A stretch of DNA of 64,000 nt from Dipteris shenzhenensis (Eukaryota). The stretch lies in assembly GCA_047967505.1 (NCBI GenBank), contig CM106538.1; one strand, 5' to 3'. The translations under genes and the position numbers were made by a program. Of the stretch, positions 43,639 to 55,983 are shown one piece after another. The notes beneath the pieces were generated by a model that saw nothing but the letters and a program-made list of their open reading frames with translations, did not search any database and was not told the DNA's origin. How positions within the stretch are numbered: the stretch's first letter is position 1; each line of letters begins with the position of its first letter.

Positions 43639-45639
43639 GAGAGGGGGGGAGAGAGATGTTGGCTCTCAAAGCATCTAAGAAGTTCAACACATGTGATATA
43701 GAAAACACACAATGTTGCAGCAATGAAGATGACTCGACTCCTATTACTTCTTGACAAAATGAGGAATATTGGCTATTACAAGACCTACAAATGACCCCTA
43801 TACCTAGAACTATGAGTAGCTACTAGCTGCGACTCCTACAGGCTCGATGCTTCGACAAAAAGACAGATCTAATTGCCTCCATAGTTCATATACTAATCAG
43901 CTTGGGAGAGATGTCGATTGCAGCCCTCGAACATGTGAACCTTTAAAATCTGTTTGCTGTCAACCAAAGACCAAACACGCGTTCACCATGCATAGGCTAG
44001 TCTCCATATGCTTGCATGGTCTAATCCTCTTCTAGCAGCCACCTCATGAGCACATGAATAAATCACACGACTACCCAGTCGACCACCTGAAGAGCTAATT
44101 CACACAAAAGTGACCCCTAACGGAATTTAGGTCCCTTGTGAAGGAATCTCCAACAAACCCCCCTCAATCCAAACAAGGGATGAACAACCACAAGATGGAC
44201 ATCACAGTCCACAATTCTTCACTAGCTTCATAGCCCTCCAAACATTGCAGTGACATCGTAGTCACTAAAACAACCATCAAACAAAGCTTACTGTTTGGCA
44301 TCGTAGCCAAACCCAGAACCATCATTACTCAAAATGCCCAATCCTGATCGGGCATATCATCACTCACTAAACCAGCTATATCTCCTTTGAAGTAGACTCC
44401 TTGATCACATGCCTTGTGCTTTTCCTTTTTCGTCTCTTCATCCTTTTGTTTTCTGACACAGAACCTCTAGATATGCCCTGGCTAATTGCTGCAATAGTAA
44501 CATGCACAGATATCTCTATTCTTGTTTCTCTAGTCCTTGATGGCAAATGCAGCTTCACCACTAGGAAACATACTCTCCTCTCGCTTCTCTTCTGCCATAA
44601 GCAACCCCACACAATCAATGTAATCTGCTTCATCATCCAATCTGAGAATTCATGAAGTCTCATTGAACTTGGAAGGAAGGATCTTCAGTATTATAGCCTT
44701 TTGATCTTTGTCCTTGATTTTGGATCCAAGGTCTTGCAGTTGTTTCAACAAAGACTACATGCGGTTCAGGAAGGTGGCTAAGTCTTCATTGTCATCCATG
44801 CGTAAGTCGTACAATTGTTGCTTTAAATAGCCTTCGAATGACACATCTTCACTCCAAACAATGTTTCAAGAACTGTCCAATTAGTAACAGTCGACTTAGT
44901 GACTTTGAAATGATGAAAGTAATCCTCCCCTAGTGTTTGACCCATCATGCCAATAGCTTTGTCACTCTGCTTCCTCCAGACCCATTTCTCAGCCTCTCCA
45001 CTAGTCGGTTCTTTCTCTATCCCAGACACGATACTCCATAAACCTTTTTGCATGAACCACAATTTAGTTGAGAGTTGTCAGCTCGCAAAATTCCAACCAT
45101 GGAACTTGATTAACGTCGCTCTTTGTCTTCTTTCCCAAATCCATGGAACAAGGAGTAGATACCTAGAGTCTCCTAAAAACAAGCCTCACATTAGGGGAGA
45201 ATTGGGGTCTCCAAAGGGCCCCCAATTAGTGTTTCCTAATTTTAAGGGATTAGTGAGGTATTTGAGGTGTACCAATGGGAGTGCTCCTTTTTGTGGGGCA
45301 ATGCCATGTTGAGGTGGAGGGTGGCAGACCTACAAACAGCCCCTATTGGCTACTCCTCTTACACTGGGGACCACTCAAACCATCCCCCCCCCTCAACCCA
45401 TGCTTGACCCTTCTCCCATATGCACCTCCCCCAAACAAACCTACAAGTCATTCAAGAGGTGGTGGGCCCTTCTGGGCGAATTTTTCCCCCCTCTCAGCTT
45501 GTTACAGGCCTGCCCCCTCCTCTTCTCTGGTCCAACTCCATTCTCCCTCCATTTTTCAAACGTGGGAACTCATTTGGCATCTTCTCTGCCCCCTCCTACT
45601 CTGGTCCACTATGTTTCTCCCTCTCTGGCACCTCCTGTA

Positions 45640-45870
45640 GCAGCTGCTCATTCTCTCTCCACTCCTAGTTGTAGCACCTCCTACAACACCAGCTGCTCAT
45701 CCCCCTCTGCTCTTTCTTCCTCCATTCCTAGCTACAGTACCTCCTATAGTGGCTGCTCATCCCCCTCTGCTCTTTCTCCCTCCATTCCTAGCTACAACAC
45801 CTCCTGGAGTAGCTGCTCATCCTGCTCTACTCTTTCTCCCTCCATTCCTAGCTATAGCACCTCTTGGAGC
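45640..45870. repeat. Subterminal tandem repeats of about 60 bp
   Basis: GCTGCTCATCCCCCTCTGCTCTTTCTCCCTCCATTCCTAGCTACA... about 4 copies. Confidence 0.8.
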
Positions 45871-45992
45871 TTCTCTCAAGCTTCAGTTGCACCCTCTATA
45901 CTTTCTCCCTCTCTCTCCCTCTATCGGAGCTACTCTCTCCCTCCAAGCTTCACTTTCTAGTCCACTATTGCTGTTGTGACCTCTGTACAAGC

Positions 45993-47267
45993 ATGGTGAG
46001 GAGACCATACATGTACTCTGTGTCCCACAGGAGCAAAAATGCACTGGGTGAATGGGTGCCTTGCACCTACAGCTTGAATGATTGGATAGTCATGAGAGGA
46101 TCTGCCAAGGGTCCACATAAGCTTCCTAAGAGAAAAAGAGGTGATCTTTTGCATGAATGGAAGGGCCGCATCATGAAGTTCAAGCTTGGGAAGAAAGGAT
46201 TGCTTGAAAGGCGCAACACATCTACATGGGGAAGGACATGCACCTTCCTCCGTCGAGCAATCAATCGACAATACCATCGCATTGTAAGTCTACATTTTGT
46301 GTAAGATTTTGAAGTGTAATGCGTCGGCTTGAAATTGTATTTTGAAATAGAACCAGTGTAATGAGTCAGTTTGAAATTGTATTTTGAAATAGCACTTGTG
46401 CATAGCATATGTATTTCCTTCAGACTTTGAGGAGTGGGAACCAGTCGAGTGCTTCTTAAGTAAGTTTACTGCCATTCATGAGGATTTAGGAAGGCAAATG
46501 CACACTGGAGAGAAGTCCTCTACTTTGAAACAGAGAAATATCTATTGGTATAATGCCAAGTACATTACTCCAAGGACAGCATCAGGCTATGGCCATCTTT
46601 AATGCATTGCAACACCACAACTTGAAGACATGGATTGCAGCATGGTGGACACAAGAATAATGCAATCATGCAAGGAAAATATTGCAAAGGATGTGGGCAT
46701 GGCCATGAAGTTTACATTTGGCTCTAAATGGGTAAGGTTGTCTTGGTTTATGCCTCTACACATTTTTGCTTCTTGTTTTCATAATATCCACATGCACAGA
46801 ACAAAAACCATGTGGTCATGCAAGTGCCTACATGAGAATGCCCTTGAGGAATTGCTTGGGGTGAATTGGGGAAGCAGGTCAGGTGAACAAAAGGGTGATT
46901 TGTTTCAATGCCATGTATGTAAGGACAATGTGGTTGTCAAGTACCACGTCTCCCGCCAAATGTTATATTTTGCTTTCCAATATAGGCACTGGAAGAAAAC
47001 AGTGACAATTGGCTCCCCCTTGACTCTAAAGATGATGATAATACAGGGGTAAGTTTATGTATTGGTTCTCATTTGGGAGATGTTAAGAATGTGACTGTCA
47101 TGCCACAGTGGACTCTCAGGGATGTGTGGGAACAACTATAGGTCATGGAGGATGACATGTCTGAGTCCTTTCACTTTACCTTAAATGGTGAAAAGGTAGG
47201 AAAGCGTGCAGAGAAGCTCGTGCATAGTGCCACTTTTATCCCTCCTGCAATATTTAAGATTGTCTAG
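45993..47267 (+). pseudogene. Transposon accessory gene: N-terminal BAH-like domain, possible C-terminal ubiquitin-like domain; probable intron ~46284-46405
   Basis: YSLNDWIVMR...WKGRIMKFK...QHIY...YVFPSDFEEWEPVECFLSKFTAIH...YWYNAKY follows the BAH consensus order. After a frameshift near 47000 it reads KNVTVMPQWTLRDVWEQL*...FHFTLNGEKV...PPAIFKIV*. Confidence 0.55.
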
Positions 47268-47500
47268 AAAATGTGGGGTGGAACAATTGTGGATTTTGAC
47301 ATTTTCCAATTAATAGTGGTGCAATTAATTTTGATGTTTTGAATGGTTTTGTTTCATGTCAATGTCAAGTTTTTCCCAAAAATTTTATAATTCTTTTTAT
47401 TTTTTATATTTAGAACATTTGGGTATATATAGGTTATAAAGTTACTTTAGTTTCAAAGTTTCACTATCATAGCCATAGTTCTCCTAGCTACCAAACTACC

Positions 47501-50500
47501 ATGGATTCTGCTAGGCCTTCCTTCCACGATTTCATCTCCCGTACTCCATTAATTGATAGAGAGGAGGAGTTATTTCCAGTCTTTGATAAGAGCATAGATG
47601 TCCTAGGCACCTACTTGGGAGCCTGAGATGATTTTGAAGACCTCATCAAGTACATGCAAGAATGCATATCAACTTGATGAGTCTACAAAAAGATGGGTCC
47701 CAATTGATTATTTGAAGTACTTGTTCAATCAAGAACCCAGGCTCGTGAAGCATTTAGATCACTTTTGAGCCCAACTCACACCCCTAGGATTTAGGGAGGT
47801 GGACACTGATGACCTCCTAGCATGTGGAGTCATCGAAAACACAGGAAATAGGTTCCTATCTTGGGAAATGATGTAGAGAAGGGGGAAGGGGCAGATTTGG
47901 AGATGGGGAGAGAATAGCAAAAGGAAGGGAGGAGAAGAGAGGAGAAGGGGAAGGAGAAAGGAAGAGAGAGAAGGTTGAGGGAATAGAGAGAGGGAGAGAG
48001 AGAGAGTGTGTGAGTGTAGGCAGCAGGTAGCAGGAGGGAGAGTAGATAGGATTAGATGTCACATCAAAAAGTGCCTTACAATCCTTTTGGGTTGACTTAT
48101 ATAGTCCCCCACAGTTCCCACATTTCCCCTACTATTCTCCCATCTATTTCCCCCTTAAAATCCTTCTTTTTCCCACCTTCATTACAGCCATCCCTTCCCA
48201 AAGAATTTTGCCCTCAAAATTTCCAAGAGGTCGCCTTGGATGAGAAGGATACAACAGAAACTGATCAGCTCTGTAGGAGATAGGGGTAGTCCTGCACAAT
48301 GCTCTCAGGTTGCCAAGAATTCTCATCTTCCGTTATACCTTTCCATTTGATGAGGTATTCTGTGTAGGCTTTGTTCCTGAGTACATGATCTCTGAAGCCC
48401 TTGATTTGCTCTGGCACATAGATTATGTGGCCCTCTTCATCCATAGGAGGTAGCTCAGGAAGAACCTGGACATGTTGTCTGACATGTGGTTTCAGCAAGG
48501 ATACATGGAAAACATTATGGATCTTGGAGGTACTCGGTAGTTCCAACTGATATGCTACCTACCCAACTTTGCGGATGATTTTGTAGGGGCCATAATACCT
48601 GTGGGCAAGCTTTGTGTTGGTATTACCTTTCAGCGAGGAATATCGATTCTTATGGAGACGTAAATGCACATAATCCCCTTCTTCAAAAGATAAGTACCTC
48701 CTTTGTTCATCCGCATACTTCTTCTGCTTGGCTTGGGCATCCTGCATATTCCTCTTAGCCAACTGCAGAAGGGCATTCATACTCTCCAAATCATTCCTTG
48801 CTTGCTGATTTTTCACAGCCAAGTTTGCAACCCTAGAAGGCATTCCCACTTTGCATCCATACATAGCCTCGAATGGACTCATGCCAATAGAGAGGTGTTT
48901 GGTGCTGTTGTAGCAAAATTCAGCCAATGCTAACCATTTGTTCCAAGACTTCTGCGTGTCATGATAGTAATGCCTTAGATACTCCTCCAACCACTTGTTC
49001 ACCCTCTCTGATTGTCCATCCATCTGTGGATGATAAGCAGTACTAGGCGCAAGCAACTGCAGTGAATAACTCCTGCCAAAAGTGACCCATAAATTTAGCA
49101 TCCCTGTCACTGACAATCTCCTGAGGAAAACCATGGTGCTTGAACACATACTCAATGAATTGCCAGGCAACCTGTGAAGCGGAGTACCGAGTTTTAGTCG
49201 GTATGAAATGGGCCTGCTTAGTCATCCTGTCAACCACCACAAATATGCTATCCCAACCCTTATCTGTAAAAGGCAAGCCTGTAATGAAGTCCATGGCAAT
49301 GTGAGTCCATTTGCCTTCAGGAATGGGTAGCGGTTGCAGAAGGCCTGCGGGTAACCAGCTGTCCACTTTATTTTGTTGGCAGGGCAAACATTCACTGACA
49401 AACTTAACCACATCTCGCCACAAACCATCCCAAATAAAGCTCTCCTTGACTTTTTCATATGTTTTTGTGATACCCGTATGCCCTGACATAGGGGATGAGT
49501 GCATTTCCTGTAATACCATCAACCTGTACTTGGAGTCTGGCACAAGATAAATTCTGTCCTTGCACCATAACAGTTCGTTGCGGAGCTGAAATCGAACATG
49601 TCCTTGGCTGGACGGACTCTGTAACTCCACAAAAATAGGAGCTGCATCAGAATTTTGCATGTATTCCTCCTGAATCCCAAGTATCCACTCCTGATGAAGC
49701 ATGGAAATGGCAGACAGTTTGCATGACCACATCCTGGACAAGGCATCAGCAACCACATTCTCTTTCCCCTTTCTATATTCAATGTCAAAATCATAGGACT
49801 GAACTGCAGCCAGTGATCTCTTCTGCTTCATGGATAAATTAGGCTGCGTTAAGAAGTACTTGAGTGTCCTGTGATCCGTTTTGACCTTAATCTTGCTACT
49901 GTACATGTAGTGGTGCCATTTTGCAAAAGCATGCAAGATTGCCAGCATCTCTTGATCATAAACATGATAATTCATTTCTCTGGCATTAAGCTTCCTGCTC
50001 TCAAAAGCAATCACACCATGCTCTTGTTTTAGGACAGCCCCTAAACCTTTGCCACTGGCATCCGTCTCAATAATGAAAGACCGTGAGAAATCAAGGCACA
50101 CCAATACAGGTGCATTGCTAAGGGCATCCTTGAGGTTATCAAAGCTGAGTTGTGCTGCTTCTGACCATTGGAAGGCATCCTTTTTCAACAAATCAGTGAG
50201 AGGGGCAGCCCTTTTAGCGAAGTGCCTAATGAATCTCCTGTAAAAAGAAGCAAGACCCAAGAAACCTCTGAGTTGCGTGGTATTTTGTGGCTGCGGCCAC
50301 TCCTTAATGCATTTCACCTTAGCTGGGTCTACCCTGATTCTGTGCCTACTTACAACATGACCAAGATATTCAACCTCCTCTGCCATAAATGTGCACTTGC
50401 TGGCCTTGGCATAAAGCTGATGCATTCTCAAGATTTCTAGCACTTGTCGGACATGGTCAATGTGTTCCTGTGCATCCTTACTATAAATGAGAATGTCATC

Positions 50501-53500
50501 AAAAAATACCAGCACACATTTGAAAAGAAGGTGGTGTAAGATCTTGTTCATGAGTGCCTGGAATGTGGCTGGTGCATTAGTCAAACCAAAAGGCATCACC
50601 TTGAACTCATATAATCCTCTTTCTGTACGAAAGGCAGTCTTATGCTCATCACCCTCTTTCATCCTGATCACTTTCAGACCATGGTCTATCTCTGTAGCAA
50701 CTAATCCCAATCTTTGCAATGTTCTACAATTAATGAAACTGTGAGTGCTACCACTGTCTACCAATACATGGACAGATTTGCCATTAATCATTCCCTTCAA
50801 CCTGATTGTGTCAACACTTTTGGCACCCATCAAGGCATGTAGTGAGATGGTATACAGTGTAGACTGGGCATCCCAATAAATCTGTTCATCATCCATAGGA
50901 ACATTACCATTAGCATCACCTCTGACAGGAAAAGGCATTGTATGTTGATGCTCTAACACAGAGAGTGTTGGCTTACGGCCTTTCCTGCTACATGTAGGCT
51001 GAATATCAATCTCATGCATCACATGAGTGGTTTGCTCAATAGCCCCACCCGGATCAAAAGGAAAAACAGTCCCCTTTGTGGCATCTGTGTCAGGAGACTC
51101 ATCTACATCATGAACTCCTGTCAATTCCTCATGAGAGACATCATGGGGGTCTGCTACATCAGCCACTTCATCATCATCAGATAATTCAATTATCATGATG
51201 AGTTTGGCTGAGCTGACATTCTTCATTTTGCACACATCTCAGTGCTCAGGTGTCCATTTCTCTCCACACCTAAAGCATAAATTTGCCTTCTTCCTGTTGT
51301 CCATTATGGCTCTGGAATGTTGTTTAACTTCTGATTTGCCAAAACCAGCACTGGGTTTGACACCTGTCTTTGCATCCATGGGCCTGTATGGCTTTGCATA
51401 TGGCATCTTACTTCTAGAAACCGTTGGATATCGTGGGAAGGAAGTAGCTGCTGGTTTTTTATCAATCCAATCAGCAGAATTTGTCTTCCTGTCAACATCA
51501 TAAGCAGTACCATAGAAGCTATTGACACATGCTTGTACTTGCCAGCATATTTTGGCTCAAACACCTCAGCAAGCTGGGCTGCTCGCTCAATGGTTAGAGG
51601 ATTGTGAGCTCTCACATCAGCAGCTAGAGAGGGATCTAAGCCTTGTATAAAACGCAGCAACTTCCCTTTCTCAGAAATATCCTGTACAAACAAAGAAAGT
51701 CTCCAAAGACGCTGCAAGTACTCCTGGACCGTACCTGTTTGTGACAGTGCATAGGATTCAACAAGGTACTGTTCAAGGATCAGGGCCGAGACGAAGGTCG
51801 TGACCATAAGCTCCTTGAACTGTTTCCAGGTGGTAGGCTTCTGAGGTGACTCTCGCATGTAACGCCACCATGTATGTGCATAATCCTGTAAATGCATGCC
51901 AGCAAAAATGATCCTCTCCTCATCATTCTTAGGGTAGAAGCGGAAGTAATCTTCAAGCTTTGTGAGCCACTCCTCCAACTCATTGGGAGTGCGAGTGTCA
52001 CCCTTAAACTTATGCACAGAGATTTTATCTTTCACATCTTTGGCTGCATTATTCCTATAGTGACTACTAGCATACTCACGCTTGAAGCTCACATACTGTG
52101 AAAAGGGCATCTCATTACGAACATCCTCAGGCAAAGCCCTATATGAACGTAAGGCATCTGAAAGCATATCATCCAGGTTTGCATGCTGCCCACTTCCAGC
52201 ATCATGTTGGTTAGGAGAACCACTCCCCTGATGCATAAAGTGCGTCTGACTGAAAGCATTACCTCCCTGATACGCAGGCTGAGTCTGACTGAATGTATTA
52301 ACAGGAGGTGTCATCGAAGCATGCAATCTCTGCTGAGTCTGCCTGCCATAAACATCTCGGTGGGTGGGTGGCATAGAAAAAGGTTGAGAAGAGGATTGAC
52401 CCCTCTCCCAACTGCCCTGTTCAACCCAACACCCAATCCAGGCATGCTCGCCGTTGGCAAAAATGTGCCAATGGGCTGGCCCAAAATGGACGGCTCAGCC
52501 AATGAAATATGCGAGCCAAATGGAGGCCTGGAATCAATAAGAGAAGTGCTCGGCGGCATGGGCAAGGCATCACCAAAATCAACATAATCCCCATGCTAGG
52601 GTGCATGCATAGAACCAACATCATAAGTGCGACGGCCATCAGCCATAAATCCCCTGTGTGGGTCAGGAAAATCACCCTGGCTATCCGACTGATCCCTGTG
52701 CTGGGGTGCGGGCTGCTTACCCTTATCGTGCATACTGATGGCGGTAGTGATCTGTTGCCCAAGGTTCTTACCTATCTGGGTGATAGCTGTATCGTGCATA
52801 GCCATAGCAGTGGTGAGCTGCTGCCCCAACTGCTGACCCATCTGCTGAAAAGCCCCCTGAAGCATCGAGGCCAATGCATCTAGAAATTGTGTGTCGGTAG
52901 GCATAGCAAAAACTGGCTGTGAAGGAGATGCACCCTCTGGGACTGGCATCTGCTCCTGCTGAGCAACATCGTCACCGTGCTGAGATGACTCATTCGACCG
53001 GGGTGCACGTTTGGGTGCCATGAGTGACACGAGGAAAATGTGCCAAGTGTCAAAGGCTCGATGTAGAGGCTCGAGAGGTGTCAGTAAAGAGGCTCAAATG
53101 CAGTCGTTGAAGAGGTTCAAAGAAAGCTCGGTGAAGAGGCTGGAAATGGGGCTCAAAATGAGCCACGAAGGTGGCTTAGAAAGGCCCAGAATAGGGCTGT
53201 AGGAGTACCCTAAAAGAGGGCTCTTTTTTTTTTTTTTTTTTTGGAGCTTAGGACAACTAAGACACCTAGGGTAGTCTCAACTAAACCAAACTGACTAAAC
53301 CCAACCTTATCCAATCACTAACCTAACTAGACCTAAACTAACCTAACCAACCAAACCCAAGTAGCTAACCAACCCAACCTAAACCCCAACTAGCTGAACC
53401 TTAGCAATTGCTAAGGTCTCCAGCGATGCAGCGCCGATGAAAGGCGACATCAACGGCACGGGCGGAGAAGGCACGAGCGTGACGTGGGCGCCAAGATGGT

Positions 53501-55344
53501 GACGGGTTGCAGGCACAATGCCAGGATGGTGACGGGCTTTGGCGACTGACGGGCTGAGGGCCTGAGCGACGGATGGGCAACAACGCCAGAGATGCAGGCT
53601 ATGGTGGCTGATGGGCTAAGGGAAGGAAAAACGGCGGGGCGACGATGGGGGAGTTGGAGTAGCGACGACGGGGAGCTGGAATACTACACAGACTGTTGAG
53701 GCTCAAACTTGCAACGCAGGCTACTGGACAGCAACGTAATCAGGCATGTCGTTGATGGCGCACGTCCGTGCTGTTGTTTGTTTGCTGGCAGCCCACGCTT
53801 GTTTCCTTGACGATTTCCTTGACGTAGCTTGGCCGACGACATGCTAGTAGTTCCCCTCAGCCTGAAGCACTGGCAAACCATGATTGATAGCAAGACTCAG
53901 TGAGGGTCAGGTGCCAAGAGCTTGGGCTCTGATACCAATGTAGAGAAGGGGGAAGGGGCAGATTTGGAGATGGGGAGAGAATAGCAAAAGGAAGGGAGGA
54001 GAAGAGAGGAGAAGGGGAAGGAGAAAGGAAGAGAGAGAAGGCTGAGGGAATAGAGAGAGGGAGAGAGAGAGAGTGTGAGCGTAGGCAGCAGGTAGCAGGA
54101 GGGAGAGTAGATAGGATTAGATGTCACATCAAAAAGTGCCTTACAATCCTATTGGGTTGACTTATATAGTCCCCCACAGTTCCCACATTTCCCCTACTAT
54201 TCTCCCATCTATTTCCCCCTTAAAATCCTTCTTTTTCCCACCTTCATTACAAATGACCTTTATTTTCCTTCTCCAGGAGGGACAAATGGAAGAGGAGGCC
54301 TCGACCTCAAGCCCTGACCCTACCCCTGCCCTTTCCGATCCTCTTATTTCTGTAGTTGAGCCCAACATGTACAATGAAGAGCCCATAGATGAAGAAGCTG
54401 AGGAGCGGGAAGCTGCATTGGCCCTGGAAGTGCTCCAGCGACCTCCTGAACCCCATTCTACTTCTCAAATTCCATCCACCTTGGGCACCACCTCTGTTGA
54501 CCCCGCAATAATGATATGGTTTCTTGCTCCCCTTCTTGTCGATGGAGAACAATACCTCTTTCTCCATGACATAGAGGTTATGTTTGGTCTCCGGGAGGAT
54601 GAAGCTCTTGGTATCCTGTGTGGATATGAGGTGGACATGACTATACAAGAACCTGGGTTTTTGGAAGCATATGATTCAATAGAAGAGGTTCTTGCTTTAA
54701 CACTGGCCCAAATCAAAGATGTAGAGACATCAATCTACTCCAACCTACCTGATGTTCCAGAAGAAGCCTCCACATCTCACTGTAGATAGCAAGAGGCCTC
54801 TGGATCCATCCTCATTGACAAAGAGGAAGGGATTGAGCATGATGACTCCATAGTGGTAAGAAACTATGAGCTTTGAATTTCTTCTCTCTTGGTATACTTT
54901 TGCTTTAATGGAATTCTAATGTAATGTTGGACTGTTGCAGGAGGCATTTGAGGTCGACCTATTCTCATCTCGGCAACACCTTGTTCGCAGTAGCTTCGGC
55001 CGAGATCACTCACTGGAACATTACCTTGGCCAAGCAAAAGGGTGCTTTGTGGTTATCCACAAAAAGTTTTCTCCACATGGCATTAGTGCAAGGCCTTGTC
55101 AAGAGTGATTGGTCATGCTGACATCAATCGCAATGCTGACAAGGTCATTTTGGTGAACCGCATGGCTGCCCTCAATGCCTTTGGAACCAATTTTCAAGGT
55201 ATGGCATTGATGGCAGCAGCCATGTCCCTGGTCAGTAACAACAATAGCAATGACTCTCTATCAACTAGGGTTAGAGCTAGGAGTGTATTTGGGAATTCAA
55301 AGCCCAATGTTCTTAGTGTTTTAGAGAAGAGAGAAAGGCTCTAA
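47501..55344 (+). pseudogene. Second plus-strand accessory gene of unknown function (acidic), split by the nested Gypsy
   Basis: ATG 47501 (MDSARPSFHDFISRTPLIDREEELF). Coding-like sequence resumes after 54256 (EGQMEEEASTSSPDP...). A phase-0 GT-AG intron lies at 54856-54940. Stops and frameshifts are present. Confidence 0.45.
47872..54251 (-). mobile_element. Ty3/Gypsy chromovirus LTR retrotransposon, young, with an internal deletion
   Basis: LTRs 47872-48186 and 53939-54251 are nearly identical; perfect TSD AATGA; PBS-Met 53926-53937; gag 51304-52374; pol 49043-51235 (LVDSGSTHSF, VFFDDILIYS, IETDASG, HIAMDFITGLP); chromodomain EYLIKWKG...NSW at 48265-48546. Confidence 0.95.
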
Positions 55345-55569
55345 AGCCTTATTGTATAGAAATTTTATTTTATATGAATACAGCTATACTTTTTATAAGT
55401 GCCCCATTTTGTGTTCTTTTACAAAATTTATTTTATACTGTCATTATATTTTTTTACTTTAATTGTTGTTGGCATTAATATTTTCATTCACTATTCTGTT
55501 CAAAAGCATGTGATCAGATAAATATTTGCGCTATAATGGTCATTTCTGAGCAATCTAGTAAGAATCTCA

Positions 55570-55900
55570 TTGCGCAGCAGAAGGCAAATGTGTTCGGCAT
55601 CGCGCGGGGAGCCCAAAAATGGCAAAACCCGCTATGGCACGTATGGGGCCTGTTTGACCCATACGCGCCATAGAGGGTTTTGCCACATGTTCGGCATCGC
55701 GTGGGGAGCCCAAAAATGGCAAAACCCTCTATGGTGCGTATGGGGCCTGTTTGACTTAGGGAGCCCAAAAATGGCAAAACCCTCTATGGCGCGTATGGGG
55801 CCTGTTTGACTAAGTCAAACAGGCCCCATACGCACCATAGAGGGTTTTGCCATTTTTGGGCTCCTCGCGTGATGTCGAACACATTTTCCTTCTGCCGCGA
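55570..55900. repeat. Fold-back made of tandem and inverted copies of a roughly 52-bp unit
   Basis: GAGCCCAAAAATGGCAAAACCCTCTATGGCGCGTATGGGGCCTGTTTGACT occurs three times forward, then inverted around a 1-nt centre at 55812. Confidence 0.9.
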
Positions 55901-55983
55901 GGCGAAAAAACATCATTTGACCACTCAAATTCACATTGAACTTGCATAAATTGATGGAAAGCATCATGTAATATGTATAATAG

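Noticed and set aside
45993-47267. RAG2-like gene
   Set aside because: The position is analogous, but no kelch repeats or PHD Cys/His pattern can be recognised.
55570-55900. Repeat array superficially like a CRISPR array
   Set aside because: No unique spacers, units occur in both orientations, eukaryotic context and no cas genes.
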